This document shows positions 1-10,384 of a stretch of DNA of 64,000 nt, one piece after another. The DNA comes from an uncultured Clostridia bacterium. GTDB taxonomy: Bacteria; Bacillota; Clostridia; Christensenellales; Borkfalkiaceae. Location of the stretch: positions 637 to 64,636 of the forward strand of contig CALVXG010000012.1 in assembly GCA_944368925.1 (NCBI GenBank). Direction: 5' to 3'. The notes below the pieces were generated by a model. That model ran no database searches. It had not been told where the DNA came from and saw only the letters and a list, made by a program, of their open reading frames with translations. The translations under genes and the position numbers were made by a program. The first letter of the stretch is position 1. Every line of letters starts with the position of its first letter.

Positions 1-182
1 TACGTCTTCCGAAAGCTGTTAAAATACGGCATGCTGTCATGGCTTGCCGTGGGAATAAAAAGCCCATAGGCGCGTTTGTCTTTGGCATGCTCTTTCGCCA
101 AATTTGCAATATACCCGTCAATCGGCAATGTTTCCTTACTCTTCAGTTCTCCGCCGCCGATACAAATAATCCGCTTTTCCAT
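1..182 (-). CDS. peptidase S51 (dipeptidase E / cyanophycinase-like) protein, N-terminal fragment running off the left edge
   Basis: Hand translation of the minus strand from the ATG at 182-180 gives MEKRIICIGGGELKSKETLPIDGYIANLAKEHAKDKRAYGLFIPTASHDSMPYFNSFRKT. The IGGGE...FIPTAS pattern is typical of S51-family N-termini. It is absent from the ORF track because the window edge truncates it. Confidence 0.5.
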   Translation of the reverse strand, partial: MEKRIICIGGGELKSKETLPIDGYIANLAKEHAKDKRAYGLFIPTASHDSMPYFNSFRKT

Positions 183-205
183 ATCTTCTTCCGTAAATTC
201 TTCCG

Positions 206-676
206 TCAGCGCGCACGCTTTGTGCGAAAATCTTTGTCCCTTTCCAATATAAGATCCATCGCCGCGATCGCCTTTTTCGTCTGCTCCACCGCAAATACGA
301 GTCCGCTCAGATCTTCTTTTCCTTTGGTCTTGAATTTATACGGGGCCAGCGCATTGCGAACCCCCTCTAAAGTCATAGCGATGTTGTCAAGGTTTCCGTC
401 CCTCTCTTTTTCCGCCATCAAAGTGATCACATAAACCAGCTTGTCCGCCGTATAAATACATTTGGAGGAATGCCTGAAAAAATCGTAAGCGCTTTCCTTG
501 TCCTTGTGCTCCGATTTTAACAACTCGCGTAAATCCTCACAAAAGGCGTTCAATCTCTTTCTGATTTCCGCGTGCGAAGGAAGTTTCGTTACCCTTTTGA
601 TCAGCCACAAAATGATCAGACCGCAGACAATGATCGCCGCATACACAACGTACTCAATCAATAATTCGACCGTCAT
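206..676 (-). CDS. hypothetical single-pass membrane protein
   Basis: 156-aa ORF with an N-terminal hydrophobic helix (VVYAAIIVCGLIILWLI) and a charged helical remainder. Its ATG overlaps the mscS stop by 1 nt (TAATG). No family recognised. Confidence 0.55.
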   Translation of the reverse strand: MTVELLIEYVVYAAIIVCGLIILWLIKRVTKLPSHAEIRKRLNAFCEDLRELLKSEHKDKESAYDFFRHSSKCIYTADKLVYVITLMAEKERDGNLDNIAMTLEGVRNALAPYKFKTKGKEDLSGLVFAVEQTKKAIAAMDLILERDKDFRTKRAR

Positions 677-1626
677 TACTTCCCTTCTCCTTTACGGGCG
701 GATTCCGCCTTCGTTCGCCGCGTCCCGACTGTCTGTATTTTTTCGGAAGTCCCGTCGGAACCCGGCAAAAGCTGCACGTCCAGACGATTGAAAGGAATTG
801 AAATCCCGTTCTTTTTCAATTCATTGAAAATTAAATCATTCAAATCATAGAGAGTGTCCCAGTAATTTTCGTTCCGCACCCAAGCGCGCGCCGAAAAAAT
901 TAAAGCGCTGTCTGCATATTCCTTCAAAATAACCGACGGTGCGGGTGTACGCACCGTATGTTTATAAGAAGCAACGCAACCGAGAATGATCTTTCGCGTC
1001 TGCGCCGTGTCGCAGTCATACGGAATCGGAACATTCACCACAACCCTGCGCAACGGCATTGCACTGTAATTGATGATCTTTGTGCTGAGAATTTCGCTGT
1101 TTGGAATGATAATCTCTTCGTTGCTGTATGTCAAAATTTTTGTATTGAACAACCGTATGTCCTGCACCAAACCGTCATATTCGTTGATCTGGACATAATC
1201 ACCTTTTTTAAACGGTTTTGTAAAAATGATAATCACGCCGTTGGCAAGACTCCCTAAGCTGTCCTTCAGTGCCAGAGCTACCGCCAACGCTACTGCAGAA
1301 AATCCCGCGATGATACCGGCCGTCGAAAATCCCAAAGAGGTGATCAGAACGATGATCAGCGCGACATATAAAATAACCGTGACAACCGAAATAACGAACG
1401 TCGCCGCAGAATTGTCCAGCTTGCTGCTCTTTAACGATACGCTCCTTGTTATCGACTGCACAATCTTTATCACGATGAGGCCCAGTATCAAAAAAGCGAT
1501 CGTGCGGACAACCGCAAGGCCGGTATTCTGCATAAACTCTAAACCGATGCCGCGAACCGTATCCCAAAACCCGCTTTCCGCAGTCTCACCGGCCGTCTCC
1601 GCCGCACTTGCCAAAATCTGATACAT
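676..1626 (-). CDS. mscS: small-conductance mechanosensitive channel (MscS family)
   Basis: TM helices followed by the MscS beta-domain pattern GDYVQINEYDGLVQDIRLFNTKILTYSNEEIIIPNSEI. I moved the start to the internal ATG at 1626, which is preceded by GAAGGAGA. The longer ORF start would overlap the upstream gene. Confidence 0.85.
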   Translation of the reverse strand: MYQILASAAETAGETAESGFWDTVRGIGLEFMQNTGLAVVRTIAFLILGLIVIKIVQSITRSVSLKSSKLDNSAATFVISVVTVILYVALIIVLITSLGFSTAGIIAGFSAVALAVALALKDSLGSLANGVIIIFTKPFKKGDYVQINEYDGLVQDIRLFNTKILTYSNEEIIIPNSEILSTKIINYSAMPLRRVVVNVPIPYDCDTAQTRKIILGCVASYKHTVRTPAPSVILKEYADSALIFSARAWVRNENYWDTLYDLNDLIFNELKKNGISIPFNRLDVQLLPGSDGTSEKIQTVGTRRTKAESARKGEGK

Positions 1627-1637
1627 TTCAATCTCCT

Positions 1638-2936
1638 TCAAAAACCCGCCTGCCGTTGCAAACGTACTCTTCGCTTCTCGCATTCACGGTAAATTTTCTC
1701 CGTCGTCTCGCCGAGGTCATACTTTCCGCGCTCATAAAGAATTTTGCCGTTTACGACCGTCATCAAAACGTCGCCGTTATCCGCACTGTAAACCAAATTT
1801 TTCCGAATATCGGACAAGGGCCGCATATTCGGAGCAAAAAGATCCACAAGGATAAAATCGGCAGGATTTCCCGCCTTCAGTTCTCCTCCGCAAAAGCCAA
1901 GCCCTCTGAACCCGTTTACCGTAGCCGCGGCCAACGTCTGCTCCGCCGTAACAACCGCCGAGTCTTTCAGTTGCTGCTTTTGCAGGCAGGAAAACAGATA
2001 CATTTCCCGAAAAACAGAAGCCGCATTGTTGCTCGCCGTCCCGTCCGTACCGAGCGCAGGCCGCATTCCGGCCCCCAGCATCGACGCGACAGGCGCTACA
2101 CCCGAAGCAAGTTTTAAATTGCTGCCGGAATTGATCACGGGCGTAACCCCGCTTTGCCGAAGCAGCGCAATATCGTCCTTATCAACGTAAACGCAATGCG
2201 CAGCCAACCCTCCGTTATCGAAAAAGCCGAGCTTGTGCAAATATTGCGGAGGCGTCAGACCGCCGTGCCGCACCGTACAATCACCGACTTCCTTTAACGT
2301 TTCGGATAAATGTATGTATGTGCCCGCACCCGTTTCCGCCGCAAAATCTGCCACTTTCATCAAAAGCGACTCTTCGCACGTATATTCGGCATGAACACCC
2401 GGAAAATAACGAACTCTATCAGATATAGTACTATACAAACTATAATTTTTCTCGATTTCATGCAGAACATCGACGCCCGAAGAAGAATGATACGGGCAAC
2501 ACAGTGCCAGCATAAGGCCCGTTTTCTCCGCCGCGGCATAGACCGCATCGGGATAAAAATACATGTCCGCAAAACAAACGATCCCGCTTCGGACAAATTC
2601 CGCGATCTGCAGCATTGTCCCCCAATACACGTCGTCGGGGGTCAGATTTTTCTCCAACGGGAAAATTCTGTCGTATAACCAATCTTCCAAAGTCAGATCG
2701 TCCGCAATTCCGCGGAACAAACACATCGCCGCGTGGGCATGCGCGTTGCAAAAACCGCTCATGAGCAAGTTTTTGCCACAGTCAACTTCACGGTCAAACG
2801 GCCCGTCTGTCTTCGTCGCCCTGCCGATATATTCGATCTTCCCGTCAACGGTATGGATCTCCCCCGTAAAAGGAACCGCATCGGGCGAAGGCAACAGCAT
2901 TGCATTGTAGAAACGAAGTCTTTTCGCCTTCTTCAT
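1638..2936 (-). CDS. mtaD: amidohydrolase, 5-methylthioadenosine/S-adenosylhomocysteine deaminase-like
   Basis: 432 aa with the metal-binding motif CNAHAHAAM near residue 65, plus later HLSE and GTDG motifs typical of the MtaD/SsnA/guanine-deaminase amidohydrolase clade. Confidence 0.8.
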   Translation of the reverse strand: MKKAKRLRFYNAMLLPSPDAVPFTGEIHTVDGKIEYIGRATKTDGPFDREVDCGKNLLMSGFCNAHAHAAMCLFRGIADDLTLEDWLYDRIFPLEKNLTPDDVYWGTMLQIAEFVRSGIVCFADMYFYPDAVYAAAEKTGLMLALCCPYHSSSGVDVLHEIEKNYSLYSTISDRVRYFPGVHAEYTCEESLLMKVADFAAETGAGTYIHLSETLKEVGDCTVRHGGLTPPQYLHKLGFFDNGGLAAHCVYVDKDDIALLRQSGVTPVINSGSNLKLASGVAPVASMLGAGMRPALGTDGTASNNAASVFREMYLFSCLQKQQLKDSAVVTAEQTLAAATVNGFRGLGFCGGELKAGNPADFILVDLFAPNMRPLSDIRKNLVYSADNGDVLMTVVNGKILYERGKYDLGETTEKIYRECEKRRVRLQRQAGF

Positions 2937-2940
2937 AGAT

Positions 2941-3825
2941 TTATCTTATCTCTTCAACAAGTTCCAACAAATATTCCTTAAAAGGTTCCGACAGAGCTTT
3001 GTCCCGAAGTGCAAATTCTACGTTCGCCTTCAAAAATTCCAATTTATTGCCCGCATCGTATCGCTTCCCTTCAAACCGACATCCGACCAGCCTCCCTGAC
3101 TTCGCAAGTTCCTGCAAGGCGTCCGTAAAATAGACCTCTCCGCCTGCGGAAGGCGGCGTTCTCGCAATGATGTCATAGATGTCTTGTTCCACAATGTAAC
3201 GACCGATGACGGCATCATTGGAAAATTTATCTTTGATGACAGGCTTTTCTACGATCTGATCGATCGCAATACGCCCTTGCGATATCTCTTGCCCTCGTAT
3301 GTTGGCATACTTCGGGACGTCGCGATCCTGTACGTTCATTACGGCAATGGTAGGTTTTCCCGTATCGTAATAGCATTCCATCAGCTGACCGATTCCAGGC
3401 TTTTGATTCTTTTCCGTATAAATAATATCGTCGCCCAACAAAATGGCAAACGGTTCGTCCCCCGTAAACGCTTTTGCGTACATGACGGCATTTGCAAATC
3501 CGCAAGGATGCTTCTGGCGTACATAATACATGTTTACCAGTTTCTCCATTTTGCGGGAAATCTCAAGAAACTCCTGCTTACCCTCCTGCTCCAAAAGCGC
3601 ATCCAACTCTGGCGTATAATCGAAAAAATCTTCCAGAATTTTTTTGTTCCTGCCCGTGATGACAAGGATATCCTTAATCCCTGCCGCAACCGCTTCCTCT
3701 ACAATATATTGCAGTGTCGGTTTATCGACTATGGGAAGCATTTCCTTGCATACCGCTTTGGTCACCGGCAAAAATCTCGTACCAAATCCTGCAGCAGGAA
3801 TAACCGCCTTCGTCACATTTTTCAT
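2941..3825 (-). CDS. galU: UTP--glucose-1-phosphate uridylyltransferase
   Basis: The N-terminus KAVIPAAGFGTRFLPVTKAVCKEMLPIVDKPTLQYIVEEA is the canonical GalU nucleotide-binding signature. Length is 294 aa. Confidence 0.92.
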   Translation of the reverse strand: MKNVTKAVIPAAGFGTRFLPVTKAVCKEMLPIVDKPTLQYIVEEAVAAGIKDILVITGRNKKILEDFFDYTPELDALLEQEGKQEFLEISRKMEKLVNMYYVRQKHPCGFANAVMYAKAFTGDEPFAILLGDDIIYTEKNQKPGIGQLMECYYDTGKPTIAVMNVQDRDVPKYANIRGQEISQGRIAIDQIVEKPVIKDKFSNDAVIGRYIVEQDIYDIIARTPPSAGGEVYFTDALQELAKSGRLVGCRFEGKRYDAGNKLEFLKANVEFALRDKALSEPFKEYLLELVEEIR

Positions 3826-3880
3826 TCCATTTCCTCCGTTCCAGTATGTGAGCTTTCACGAAATAATATTCATCTGACCT

Positions 3881-4510
3881 TTATTTTGTTCCGAAAAGTC
3901 TGTCTCCCGCATCGCCGAGCCCAGGAATTATGTACGCGTGATCGTTCAAATCCTTATCCAGCGCCGCGATAAAAATATCAACGTCCGGATGCGCTTCCTG
4001 CAACGCCTTTAACCCCTGCGGCGCAGCAATCAAACAACAGAATTTGATATTCTTGCAGCCGCGGTCTTTTAAAAATCCGATCGCTGCCGCCGCACTTCCG
4101 CCCGTTGCGAGCATCGGATCCACCACGATCAGCGTTCTGTTCGTCGCGTCGGCGGGGAGCTTACAATAGTATTCCACAGGTTTAAGGGTCTTCGGATCAC
4201 GGTAAAGGCCGATATGTCCGACCTTCGCATTCGGCACAAGTTTCAGCATTCCGTTCACCATGCCAAGCCCTGCACGAAGGATGGGGACGATCCCCAGGCT
4301 CCTGCCGGATACCGTCTTTGCCATCGTCTTGCAGATCGGCGTCTCCACCTCGACGTCCTCCAAAGGCAAATCCCTCGTTACCTCGTACGCCATCAGCAAG
4401 GAAATCTCCTCCGCAAGCTCGCGAAAGTCTTTCGTACTCGTGTTTTTGTCGCGCAACATGGTCACTTTGTGCTGTACCAGCGGATGATCCATAACAAATA
4501 CTTTTGCCAT
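3881..4510 (-). CDS. upp: uracil phosphoribosyltransferase
   Basis: 209 aa. [16 protein letters not shown] at the N-terminus, the PRPP loop [11 protein letters not shown], and the C-terminal [16 protein letters not shown] are all diagnostic of Upp. Confidence 0.95.
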   Translation of the reverse strand: MAKVFVMDHPLVQHKVTMLRDKNTSTKDFRELAEEISLLMAYEVTRDLPLEDVEVETPICKTMAKTVSGRSLGIVPILRAGLGMVNGMLKLVPNAKVGHIGLYRDPKTLKPVEYYCKLPADATNRTLIVVDPMLATGGSAAAAIGFLKDRGCKNIKFCCLIAAPQGLKALQEAHPDVDIFIAALDKDLNDHAYIIPGLGDAGDRLFGTK

Positions 4511-4533
4511 CGTAAATTATCTCCCGTAAATTT

Positions 4534-4985
4534 TTATTTTCTGCCGCAATATTTTTCTTCAATTGCAGTAATTTTATCGATACGGCGCTGATGCCTGCCG
4601 CCTTCAAACCCCGTGTTAAGGAAGGTATCCACGATCTCCAGCATAAGCCCCTCTCCGATGATCTTCTGCCCGAACGCGAGCATATTCGCATCGTTATGAA
4701 GGCGCGTGTATTTCGCCGAATAGGTATCATGACAATGCGCACAGCGTACACCCGGCACTTTGTTTGCCACGATCGAAATGCCGATCCCCGTACTGCAAAT
4801 CAATATGCCGCGCTCACATTCTCCCGAAGCCACCGCTTCCGCCGCAGGCAGAGCAAAGTCCGGATAATCGCAGGAATCGCTCGTATAGGTACCGAAATCC
4901 TTAACCTCATATCCTTTTTCGTTCAGATACTTTAACAGCGCTTTTTTCAATTCCATTCCGCCGTGATCGTTTGCAACCGCAATTT

Positions 4986-4989
<4 letters not shown>
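4534..4989 (-). CDS. rpiB: ribose-5-phosphate isomerase B
   Basis: 151 aa. MKIAVANDHGG and GILICSTGIGISIVANKVPGVRCA match the RpiB/LacAB family. Confidence 0.9.
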
Positions 4990-5468
<479 letters not shown>

Positions 5469-5469
5469 T

Positions 5470-6459
5470 TTATTCACCCGCACAGGCCTTGCTCAGACGG
5501 TTGAGCACCCCGGCCATCACGCCGTCCGACTCTTTCGGCCGTATCGCCACAATGACATCCGCCACTTTCTCGCCCTGCCGAAGCAAACTGTAAAGCCTGG
5601 CCGCCATCTCTTCGGGCGAAGCCCCAAGATCCAAAACATATTCTGCCGCAAACATTTTCGCATACTTGCTCTCACAAAGAACGTAGACGCGCCTTCCCTG
5701 CGCCTGCAGGCTATCGAATTCTTTGAGCGCCGCTTTCGGATCATCGAAGAGCCGCGTCTCGCACTTTGGTGCGTAGTGTTTGTATTTCATGCCGGGTGAG
5801 CGCACTTGTTCGCCCGCTTTCGGAACATACACGCCGCACTTGCCGACCGCACTCTCGATCATCTCCCGCGACACGAGTCCCTGGCGCAAAATGACCGGAT
5901 AATCGCCTGTTACGTCACACACAGTACTCTCTATACCGCCCGAACATGCCCCGCCGTCCAAAATCAAGGAGATCCTTCCGTTCAGGTCGGAATACACGTG
6001 CTCCGCCGAAACAGGACTGACGTGCTTGGAAATATTCGCAGACGGAGCGGCGACCGGCAGATCGACGTAGCGCAAAAATTCCTGCGCACCAGGATGAGAA
6101 GGAACTCTTATTGCCAAAGTATCCAGTCCGCAGGAAACTTTTTTACTGACGATTCCCCTGCTCCTGTAGACGAGCGTCAGCGGCCCCGGCAGAAATTTTT
6201 CTCTGAGCACGGCCGCATACGGTTTGTCGTCGTACACGAGAGAATTGAGGTCATAGCCGCAATGAACGTGTACGATAAGCGGGTTATCCTGCGGCCGTCC
6301 CTTGATCCGATAAATGTTTTCGACCGCCTCGTCCGATCTTGCATCCGCCCCGAGCCCGTACACCGTCTCCGTCGGGAACGCAACCGCACCGCCTTGTAAG
6401 AGGATACTCTTTGCCAATGCAAGCGAATCTTGCGTGATTTTTTGTATGATCGTTTCCAT
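5470..6459 (-). CDS. tsaC: L-threonylcarbamoyladenylate synthase (Sua5/YwlC type, with C-terminal Sua5 domain)
   Basis: 329 aa with the YrdC-domain motif GGAVAFPTETVYGLGADA and a long C-terminal extension typical of Sua5. Confidence 0.9.
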   Translation of the reverse strand: METIIQKITQDSLALAKSILLQGGAVAFPTETVYGLGADARSDEAVENIYRIKGRPQDNPLIVHVHCGYDLNSLVYDDKPYAAVLREKFLPGPLTLVYRSRGIVSKKVSCGLDTLAIRVPSHPGAQEFLRYVDLPVAAPSANISKHVSPVSAEHVYSDLNGRISLILDGGACSGGIESTVCDVTGDYPVILRQGLVSREMIESAVGKCGVYVPKAGEQVRSPGMKYKHYAPKCETRLFDDPKAALKEFDSLQAQGRRVYVLCESKYAKMFAAEYVLDLGASPEEMAARLYSLLRQGEKVADVIVAIRPKESDGVMAGVLNRLSKACAGE

Positions 6460-6461
6460 TT

Positions 6462-8024
6462 TTACACCCCGTCCGGAGGCATTTCGTCCGGATCGAACGG
6501 AGGATAATCGTCATCGTCAGGATATTCAGGGTCATCTTCGCCGTAATTTTCGTCCGGCGCAGAATAATCCGCATCACCCGGATAAGGTTCCCCTCCTCCT
6601 TTCTCCATCTCCTGCAGCGCCTCGTCGTAATCGTCGCCGCGCTCTACTTTTTCCGGTTCGCCCGGCTCGTCCGGCAAAAATCCGGGAGGCGGGTTCACAT
6701 AACGTACCTGATCGCCCCTGAACCGCAGCTTGACCCTGCCCAGTTCACCGTTACGGTGCTTGGCGATGATCAGATCTGCCGCATCCTTGATGATCTTTCC
6801 GCTCTTGATCTCCTCTTCCGTTGCCGCAACGTCGGGACGATGAATAAACATAACGATGTCGGCGTCCTGCTCGATTGCGCCTGATTCACGCAAGTCCGAA
6901 AGCTGCGGCTCTTCCTTGGAAGAAATACGCCGCAACTGCGACAGAGCGAGGACGGGAACGTCGAGTTCTTTCGCCATGATTTTAAGATTTCGCGTGATCG
7001 ATGAAATTTCCTGCTGACGGTTTTCTTCTGCACGGCGCTCGCCGCTCCCCATCAGCTGGATATAGTCGATCATGATGATATCCAGGCCCTCTTTTCTCGC
7101 TTTGAGGCGCCTGCACTTGGAAAGTATTTCCGCCGGCGTTATCTTGGAAGAATCGTCGATATAGATCTTCGCTTTTTTGAGATCCGCACTCGCTTTCCAA
7201 AGTTTTTTCCAGTCCGACTGTGTCAGTTCGCCCGAAAGCGCTTTGGACATACTCACGCGCGCATACGAACAGAGCAGACGCTGGGCCAGCTGAATTCTCG
7301 GCATTTCCAGCGAAAAAACGGCACACACACGGTTATCGCACAGCGCCGCGTGCTCAATAATATTCATACCGATGGTAGTTTTACCGACACCGGGGCGCGC
7401 CGCAAGCACGATAAAGTCGGATTTTTGCAAGCCGTTCGTCAGCTTGTCAAGTTTGGTAAATCCCGTATTGACCCCGCGCAGAGCATTTTTATCCGTCGAT
7501 ATGACCTCAAATTTATTCAGAACCCGGTCATAGCTGTCGTCTTCGCGCATGTCGACCAGCGTGGACGTATCCATCGTCCTCGAAATATCGAAGACCTGCT
7601 TTTCCGCAAACGCGATGCTGTCCGCCGCGTCTGCTCCGCTCATCGACTCTTCGATGATCTTCTGCGAGGAGCGAATCAGCCTGCGATGGATGCTGTCGCG
7701 CTTGACGATATCAAAATACGTCTTGTAGTTCGCCGCCGAAGGCATGATCCGCGCAAGATCGGTCAGATATGTAATTCCGCCGGCGTTTTCAAGCGTCTTA
7801 TCGTTCTCCAACTGATCGGCGATCGTAACAATATCCACAGGCTTGCGCGCGTTGAAAGTCACTTTCATCGCGCCGATGATCAGCTTATGCGATTCCTGGT
7901 AAAAATCGTCCTCCGACAACTTGTCCAGAATGTCCGTCAATATGTCGTTGTCAATCAGCAAACATCCCAAAAGCGCTTGCTCCGCTTCCAGGTTGTTCGG
8001 CAAAACATTCGTCTTGGTTGCCAT
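6462..8024 (-). CDS. dnaB: replicative DNA helicase DnaB/DnaC with an unusual acidic Pro-rich C-terminal tail
   Basis: N-terminal LPNNLEAEQALLGCLL, Walker A AARPGVGKTTIGMN, Walker B IIMIDYIQLM. At 520 aa it is about 70-80 aa longer than typical because of a low-complexity tail (see findings). Confidence 0.95.
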   Translation of the reverse strand: MATKTNVLPNNLEAEQALLGCLLIDNDILTDILDKLSEDDFYQESHKLIIGAMKVTFNARKPVDIVTIADQLENDKTLENAGGITYLTDLARIMPSAANYKTYFDIVKRDSIHRRLIRSSQKIIEESMSGADAADSIAFAEKQVFDISRTMDTSTLVDMREDDSYDRVLNKFEVISTDKNALRGVNTGFTKLDKLTNGLQKSDFIVLAARPGVGKTTIGMNIIEHAALCDNRVCAVFSLEMPRIQLAQRLLCSYARVSMSKALSGELTQSDWKKLWKASADLKKAKIYIDDSSKITPAEILSKCRRLKARKEGLDIIMIDYIQLMGSGERRAEENRQQEISSITRNLKIMAKELDVPVLALSQLRRISSKEEPQLSDLRESGAIEQDADIVMFIHRPDVAATEEEIKSGKIIKDAADLIIAKHRNGELGRVKLRFRGDQVRYVNPPPGFLPDEPGEPEKVERGDDYDEALQEMEKGGGEPYPGDADYSAPDENYGEDDPEYPDDDDYPPFDPDEMPPDGV

Positions 8025-8042
8025 TCCTCTCTCTCCCGCGGC

Positions 8043-8594
8043 TTACTTTGCCGCACCGCTCCTGCATGACTTCTTTTCTTTAAACCGCTTGCCTATACAA
8101 CGGAACAGCCGTGCCAGATCGTCCGCCGTTCCGCCTTCCAGTGCAGATTTCGGGACGATCAACGCCTGCGTCTTCCCGATATAGATATAAAAGAGATCTT
8201 TTCTCTCGTAGATCTTTGCTACTTTCGTATATGGGATCTCGTACTCTTCTTCGCGATCCGCAACCTTGATTTTGAGTGTCAGCAATTCTTCGCCGAAATC
8301 AAAAAACTGCTGCGTTTTCAGATAATTTGCATTGGCGCGCACGCGCTTCTCCGCCTTGGCGTTTTGCAACGCAAACATGGCAAACGGTATGGCGATCGCC
8401 AACGCAAAGAGCGCGCCCGCCCCCACAAAGAGCAGGCTGTTCCCGCTCAGCCCGCCGAATACGCAAAAGACGACGCCGAGTCCGAAAAAGAGCATCGGAT
8501 AGGCGAACGACTGCGCGCCGCGCGCAACAAACAGATGAAACGCACAAAAGCGCTTGTATTCGGCCAAGCTGTTCCTGTAATATCCTTTGATCAT
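8043..8594 (-). CDS. hypothetical membrane protein (YcxB-like topology)
   Basis: 183 aa with two central hydrophobic helices and a soluble C-terminal half. The YcxB-like assignment is from memory of the fold pattern only. Confidence 0.45.
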   Translation of the reverse strand: MIKGYYRNSLAEYKRFCAFHLFVARGAQSFAYPMLFFGLGVVFCVFGGLSGNSLLFVGAGALFALAIAIPFAMFALQNAKAEKRVRANANYLKTQQFFDFGEELLTLKIKVADREEEYEIPYTKVAKIYERKDLFYIYIGKTQALIVPKSALEGGTADDLARLFRCIGKRFKEKKSCRSGAAK

Positions 8595-8596
8595 GT

Positions 8597-10369
8597 TCAG
8601 GACAACGCCGCGAACTGTTCCAACGTATCGCGGAATTCCTTCATTGCCGCATCGAACGCGTCTCGCTTGGTAAGATCCACTCCCGCAAGCTTCAAAAGCT
8701 CGACAGGGCTGTCGCTTCCGCCGGACGACAAGAACTTCTTGTAGTCTTGCACGGCTTTTTCCCCTTCTTTGAGGATACGGCCGACGATCGAGAGCGCACT
8801 GATGATGCCCGTCGCATATTTATAGACATAGAACGAGGTATAAAAATGCGGAATGCGCGCCCATTCGTACGAAATTTCTTTGTCGTGAACAATGGCGTCG
8901 CCGTAATACGTGCGGTTCAGATCCAGATAGATCTTGTTGCAATACTCCGCCGTAAGCGGCGTTCCCTTTTCCGCCGCATCGTGCGCAAGGTATTCGAATT
9001 CGGCAAACATCGTCTGTCTGTGCAACGTCGTGCGGACGGTATCCAAAAAGTAATTGAGCAGATACTTTTTCATGTTCGGATCGCTCGTCTGCCCGAGAAT
9101 GTACTTCAGAAGCAGAACTTCGTTGACCGTGCTGGCAACTTCCGCCACAAAAATACGATAATCCGCTTTCGCATAGGGCTGCGTCGCGTTGGAATAATAG
9201 GTATGGATCGAATGTCCCATCTCATGCGCGATCGTGAAGACATCGTGCGTCGTCTTCTGGTAATTCAAAAGTACGAACGGATGCAGACCGTAGATGCCCG
9301 TGCTGTACGCGCCGCTGCGCTTCCCGGCCGTTTCGCATACGTCTACCCAGCCTTCCGCAAAGCCTTTTTTCAGCAGATCGCAATAATCTTTGCCCAACGG
9401 CGCAAGGCCCTTTACGACAAGGTCGCAGGCTTCCTCATAACTGAGTTTCAAATCTGCGTCCGCAACCAACGGCGCATATATATCGTACATATGCTGTTCG
9501 TCAAGACCAAGCATCTTTTTGCGAAGAGCAATGTACGTGTGCATATCTTTCAGATTTTCATGCACGGACGAAATCAGATTCTCATAGACGCAGGCAGACA
9601 CGTCTTCCCCGTCCAATGCCTTTTCAAGACACGAATTGTACCCGCGCGCGCGGCAAAGGAATACGTCTTTCTGCACGTTGCCGTAATAGGTTGCCGCAAT
9701 CGTATTGACCAACCCGATATACGCCGCATAGTAGGTCTCAAACGCCTTTTTGCGAAGATCGCGATCCGTCCCGTGCAGCAACACCCCGTACATGCCGTGC
9801 GTCAGTTTGATTTTATTGCCGTCCTTGTCTTCCACTTCACCGAGCTGAATGTCCGCATTGTCGATCATGGAAAAGATATTCTGGAACTGCGAATACATTT
9901 CCCCGCCCAAAGCCAGCAATTTTTCTTCCGAAGCGGAAAGAATATGCTTCTTGCTGCGAATCAGCTGGCGGAGAAAATAATCGTAATCTTTCAGCCTCGC
10001 ATCCTTGCAGAACTCTTCGAGGGTCTGATCGCTCAAAGAAGTGAGCTCCGGCTCGACAAAAGACGTAGCGGACGTATAGCGGACGTAAAGAGACATCGAA
10101 CGGGCCTGCATCGAAGTGTACTTCGCAACCCGCGAATCTTCATCGTGACGCATATGCGCATAGAGATGCAGGCGCTCGATCTGTCTGTTTGCAGCCTCCG
10201 AGCATTTGCAAAATTCCGCAAACGTGCCCGCATCCGTCAGCTTTCCCTCAAAGCGGCTGAAATCCAGCATCTTCTCCGCCTGTGCAAAGCTTTCTTCCCA
10301 CGCTTCGTCCGAAGGAAAAATATCCTCTGTTTTCCATTTGTATTTGCTTTCTACTTCATTCCTTTCCAT
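8597..10369 (-). CDS. pepF: oligoendopeptidase F (M3B family)
   Basis: 590 aa. The zinc motif HEMGH sits in the context FTIAHEMGHSIHTYYS, and the overall length and N-terminal KWKTEDIF pattern are typical of PepF. Confidence 0.9.
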   Translation of the reverse strand: MERNEVESKYKWKTEDIFPSDEAWEESFAQAEKMLDFSRFEGKLTDAGTFAEFCKCSEAANRQIERLHLYAHMRHDEDSRVAKYTSMQARSMSLYVRYTSATSFVEPELTSLSDQTLEEFCKDARLKDYDYFLRQLIRSKKHILSASEEKLLALGGEMYSQFQNIFSMIDNADIQLGEVEDKDGNKIKLTHGMYGVLLHGTDRDLRKKAFETYYAAYIGLVNTIAATYYGNVQKDVFLCRARGYNSCLEKALDGEDVSACVYENLISSVHENLKDMHTYIALRKKMLGLDEQHMYDIYAPLVADADLKLSYEEACDLVVKGLAPLGKDYCDLLKKGFAEGWVDVCETAGKRSGAYSTGIYGLHPFVLLNYQKTTHDVFTIAHEMGHSIHTYYSNATQPYAKADYRIFVAEVASTVNEVLLLKYILGQTSDPNMKKYLLNYFLDTVRTTLHRQTMFAEFEYLAHDAAEKGTPLTAEYCNKIYLDLNRTYYGDAIVHDKEISYEWARIPHFYTSFYVYKYATGIISALSIVGRILKEGEKAVQDYKKFLSSGGSDSPVELLKLAGVDLTKRDAFDAAMKEFRDTLEQFAALS

Positions 10370-10384
10370 ATCCGCACTCCGTAA

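Noticed and set aside
39-434. A 131-aa plus-strand ORF lies at the left edge.
   Set aside because: It lies antisense to the S51 peptidase fragment and the 156-aa membrane protein gene. It has no RBS and its composition is typical of antisense frames.
8747-10384. Further very long antisense ORFs are present: 545 aa opposite pepF, 539 aa opposite the dnaD-like gene (20069-21688), 646 aa opposite copA (22638-24578), 420 aa opposite ackA (24881-26143), 375 aa opposite pta (26244-27371), 408 aa (29815-31041), 442 aa (32217-33545) and 387 aa opposite btuF (59141-60304).
   Set aside because: The explanation is the same. Where I checked (pepF, copA), the antisense ORF shares the codon register of the real gene, so it reflects genome-wide avoidance of TTA, CTA and TCA codons. 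None has an RBS, recognisable motifs or its own intergenic context. Every real partner gene has strong family signatures.
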